A stretch of 64,000 bases of DNA from Eledone cirrhosa (Eukaryota): positions 39,990,001 to 40,054,000 of the forward strand of contig OZ024755.1 in the NCBI GenBank assembly GCA_964016885.1, read 5' to 3'. The stretch's first letter is position 1. Each line of letters opens with the position of its first letter. The position numbers were made by a program, and so were the translations under genes. Under the pieces are notes generated by a model. It did no database searches. It saw only the letters and a list, made by a program, of their open reading frames with translations, and was not told the DNA's origin. Below, in pieces: positions 61,269 through 64,000 of this stretch.

Positions 61269-62711
61269 GCAAAAGTTCTATTTAAAGTTGTTGGGATACA
61301 ACAAGTAAATATTTTTATAACTGATATAAAGCACTCGACAAATTTTTGGAGTAGATATACGATATTAATAAATGGAAACTATATTTATAAAACCATATTT
61401 ATTTCATTATACATATTTCAGGGATACCACATTAAATTATGGTATGCCTTCATCAGACAAAATACATTATATAACAGTTTATATTGTTATGGTTATATTT
61501 ATATTGTTATGGTTATATTTACAAATTATAATCCTTTGGTAATTTATTGATATTGGATTATCTCTATACAGATGCATATGTGTGTATTAACATGCATAGA
61601 AAGTGTTATAGATTGTTTGTGTTTGTATATGTGTCTGTATATATATATATGAGTGATGCATGAGGACGCACGCAAATATTTACTTATACATACGTATGTG
61701 TATATATGTATGTGTATATATCTATGTGGTTGAGAAGTATGTTGCAGATGTGCATAATATTAAACACATGAATGGTAATCGTATATATGAGGGCATGATT
61801 GTTAATTGTATATAGTTGTATATATATATACTGTGAAGTTTTTATAACACAATGAGTGTATAACAGTGATTAAGAGAAATTATTTACGTTTTGTATGGCT
61901 ATATTGTTGGCTTGAGTAAACATAATTTCTATTTTCAGGACGTGCGTATCTATATGTATGTGTATATACATATATATCTGTATGTCTTTGCATAAAATAC
62001 TAATCTCTATACCAAGGGTACATTTTGAACTCAGATTTTGGTATATTGATCTCAAGTTTCTAAACTAAACATCTGGTCATTATTGAACAATGTTTAATTT
62101 CTCATATTATATATCTATGTCCCATTCATGAATATTGATACTTATATTTTTATTATTCATTTCATATAAATTGTTAACTCAACTTAATATGACATGACGT
62201 AAAGTTGTCACTGTCCCCCTCTCTCTATATAGTATTTCTCTCTCTTGAGTTTCTCTTTCTGTATGATGACTTGTTATCTCTATGTTGCTTTCCTTTGTTT
62301 TTCTTATTCCTTCCTTTTCTTTCTTTTTTATTTCCTCCTATCTTTATCTATCTCTTTTTTTTCTCCATACATTTCTCTCTCTCTCCGATATTTCTCCAGG
62401 TTTTCTTTCTCTTTTCTTTCTCTCTCTCTCTGTCTTTGTTCTTTTCTCTCTCTCCGTCTTTTTTCTTTCTCTCCGTCTTTTTCTAATTGTGCTTAACACT
62501 ATGACTTATTATATAAACAAATCACTATCCAGACAGCCTCCAAAAGTAATGGTTGTATTTTAAAGGGTAATGTCAAACCTATTTGTAAAACTGTTATATA
62601 TTGTATTTTGTCTGATGAAGGCATACCATAATTTAATGTGGTATCCCTGAAATATGTATAATGAAATAAATATGGTTTTATAAATATAGTTTCCATTTAT
62701 TAATATCGTAT
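61269..62711 (-). mobile_element. PLE-type element with ~125-bp inverted arms, each carrying a hammerhead (61401-61463 minus; 62605-62667 plus)
   Basis: Arms 61357-61480 and 62587-62711 are almost identical reverse complements. Same family as the 8066 and 19155 copies. Confidence 0.8.
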
Positions 62712-63009
62712 ATATATATTGGTAAACGGAATAGAAAATGCTGACAAATTGTTCAGTGAAAAATAGTTTAATTAGGAATAAGTGAGAATTAGTAATTGTA
62801 TTGGTTAGTATTCAGTTTTGGTTTTAAGTTTTACCGGTTGCGCATTTCTAATGCTTTTCAAAAATAATTTTGAGATAGAGCGTCCGTGATGTTTGCTCTG
62901 ATCTCTCTCTCTCTATATATATATATATACACGTGCATACATGTATACATACATGTATGCATTCATGTATATATACATACATAGATGGGAGAAGTACACT
63001 ATTTTCTCC

Positions 63010-63645
63010 GATATCTCCAATTTCCTTAACGTTATCTACAATGGTGATATTGCATCTGAATGCCATAAACTAATATTATTTATTTACCTGGAACATCTAC
63101 CTAGGCTAACATCACTTTTTTCACTGTTCATTGTTTATTAATTGATTTGCATCGAATTATTTTTTTCTATTCTTTCTATTAGCCTATGTCTTCATCCTTC
63201 CTTTGTTACCTGAATATCCTCCCAAGTATTTTCCTATTCTCCATTTTTACACTCTTATCATACGTTATCAAGATTCCTCTACTTGTATTTCTTATTTAGA
63301 TTTGTCATTTACTCTGCAATAAATCTATGTTATTCCTCTTTTGTAACATATTCTCTCCGGCTTATTCAATTATCAGCAAGATATGTTACATTTTATAATT
63401 TTATTTGGCATTCTTTAATTCTTTATATTTTCTGTGTCATTCGATTAAGTGCAGGATTAATGTGTATTTCTCTGCAATGCATTGTTCGTATGGTTCAATA
63501 GTCTATTGTATATCTACATTTCTCTATATTCTGCGCTCCTCCGTATGTTCTAATGCCAATGTCTATGTACTTCAACATTTTCTTCTTACTGTTATATTTT
63601 CATGGGGTATTATGTAGTAATTACTTGATTCAGGTGGATACATGC
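63010..63645 (-). pseudogene. Highly decayed RTE-like RT C-terminal relic
   Basis: Minus-strand ENRKILGRIF resembles ERKILRRIFG; many stops. Confidence 0.3.
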
Positions 63646-63650
63646 CTTCC

Positions 63651-63737
<87 letters not shown>

Positions 63738-63778
63738 ACTCTCTACCTCTATTTCCTTCTATCGCTATCACTCTCTCT

Positions 63779-63819
<41 letters not shown>

Positions 63820-64000
63820 TGTGTGTGTGTGTGTGTGTGTATGCGCGTCTATCTATTTGTATATCTATTCTATCTATCTATTTGTGGGATGGACACACGC
63901 GTGAAACTTGCTGGGTAAGTTCTGCCTAAATTTCTATAGAAACTCTTAACTGTGAACCTTCATTTTTATACCAATTTGTAGAGGGACTGCCAGGTCAAAT

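Overview
Repeat-dominated, AT-rich animal DNA with no recognisable host gene. The huge (TA)n/(CA)n tracts and tRNA-derived SINEs resemble octopus/cephalopod DNA (inference). Contents: four co-oriented CR1-group LINE copies, all ending in TA microsatellite; a Penelope-like element (RT + GIY-YIG) with inverted terminal repeats; RTE and RLE-type LINE relics; two SINE families; Helitron/Helentron-like and MITE-like elements; and three long minisatellites. Most ORF-track entries are microsatellite artefacts. The main hidden signal is a dense population of short, TA-embedded, often fold-back elements. They carry minimal type-I hammerhead ribozyme motifs (about 15 motifs, some with compensatory stem changes or core variants). 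In two fold-backs (46.2-46.7 kb and 41.3-41.5 kb), every arm-to-arm mismatch fits A-to-G on one strand in both arms. This looks like ADAR A-to-I editing of a hairpin RNA that was then reverse-transcribed into the genome. All counts and alignments were done by eye.
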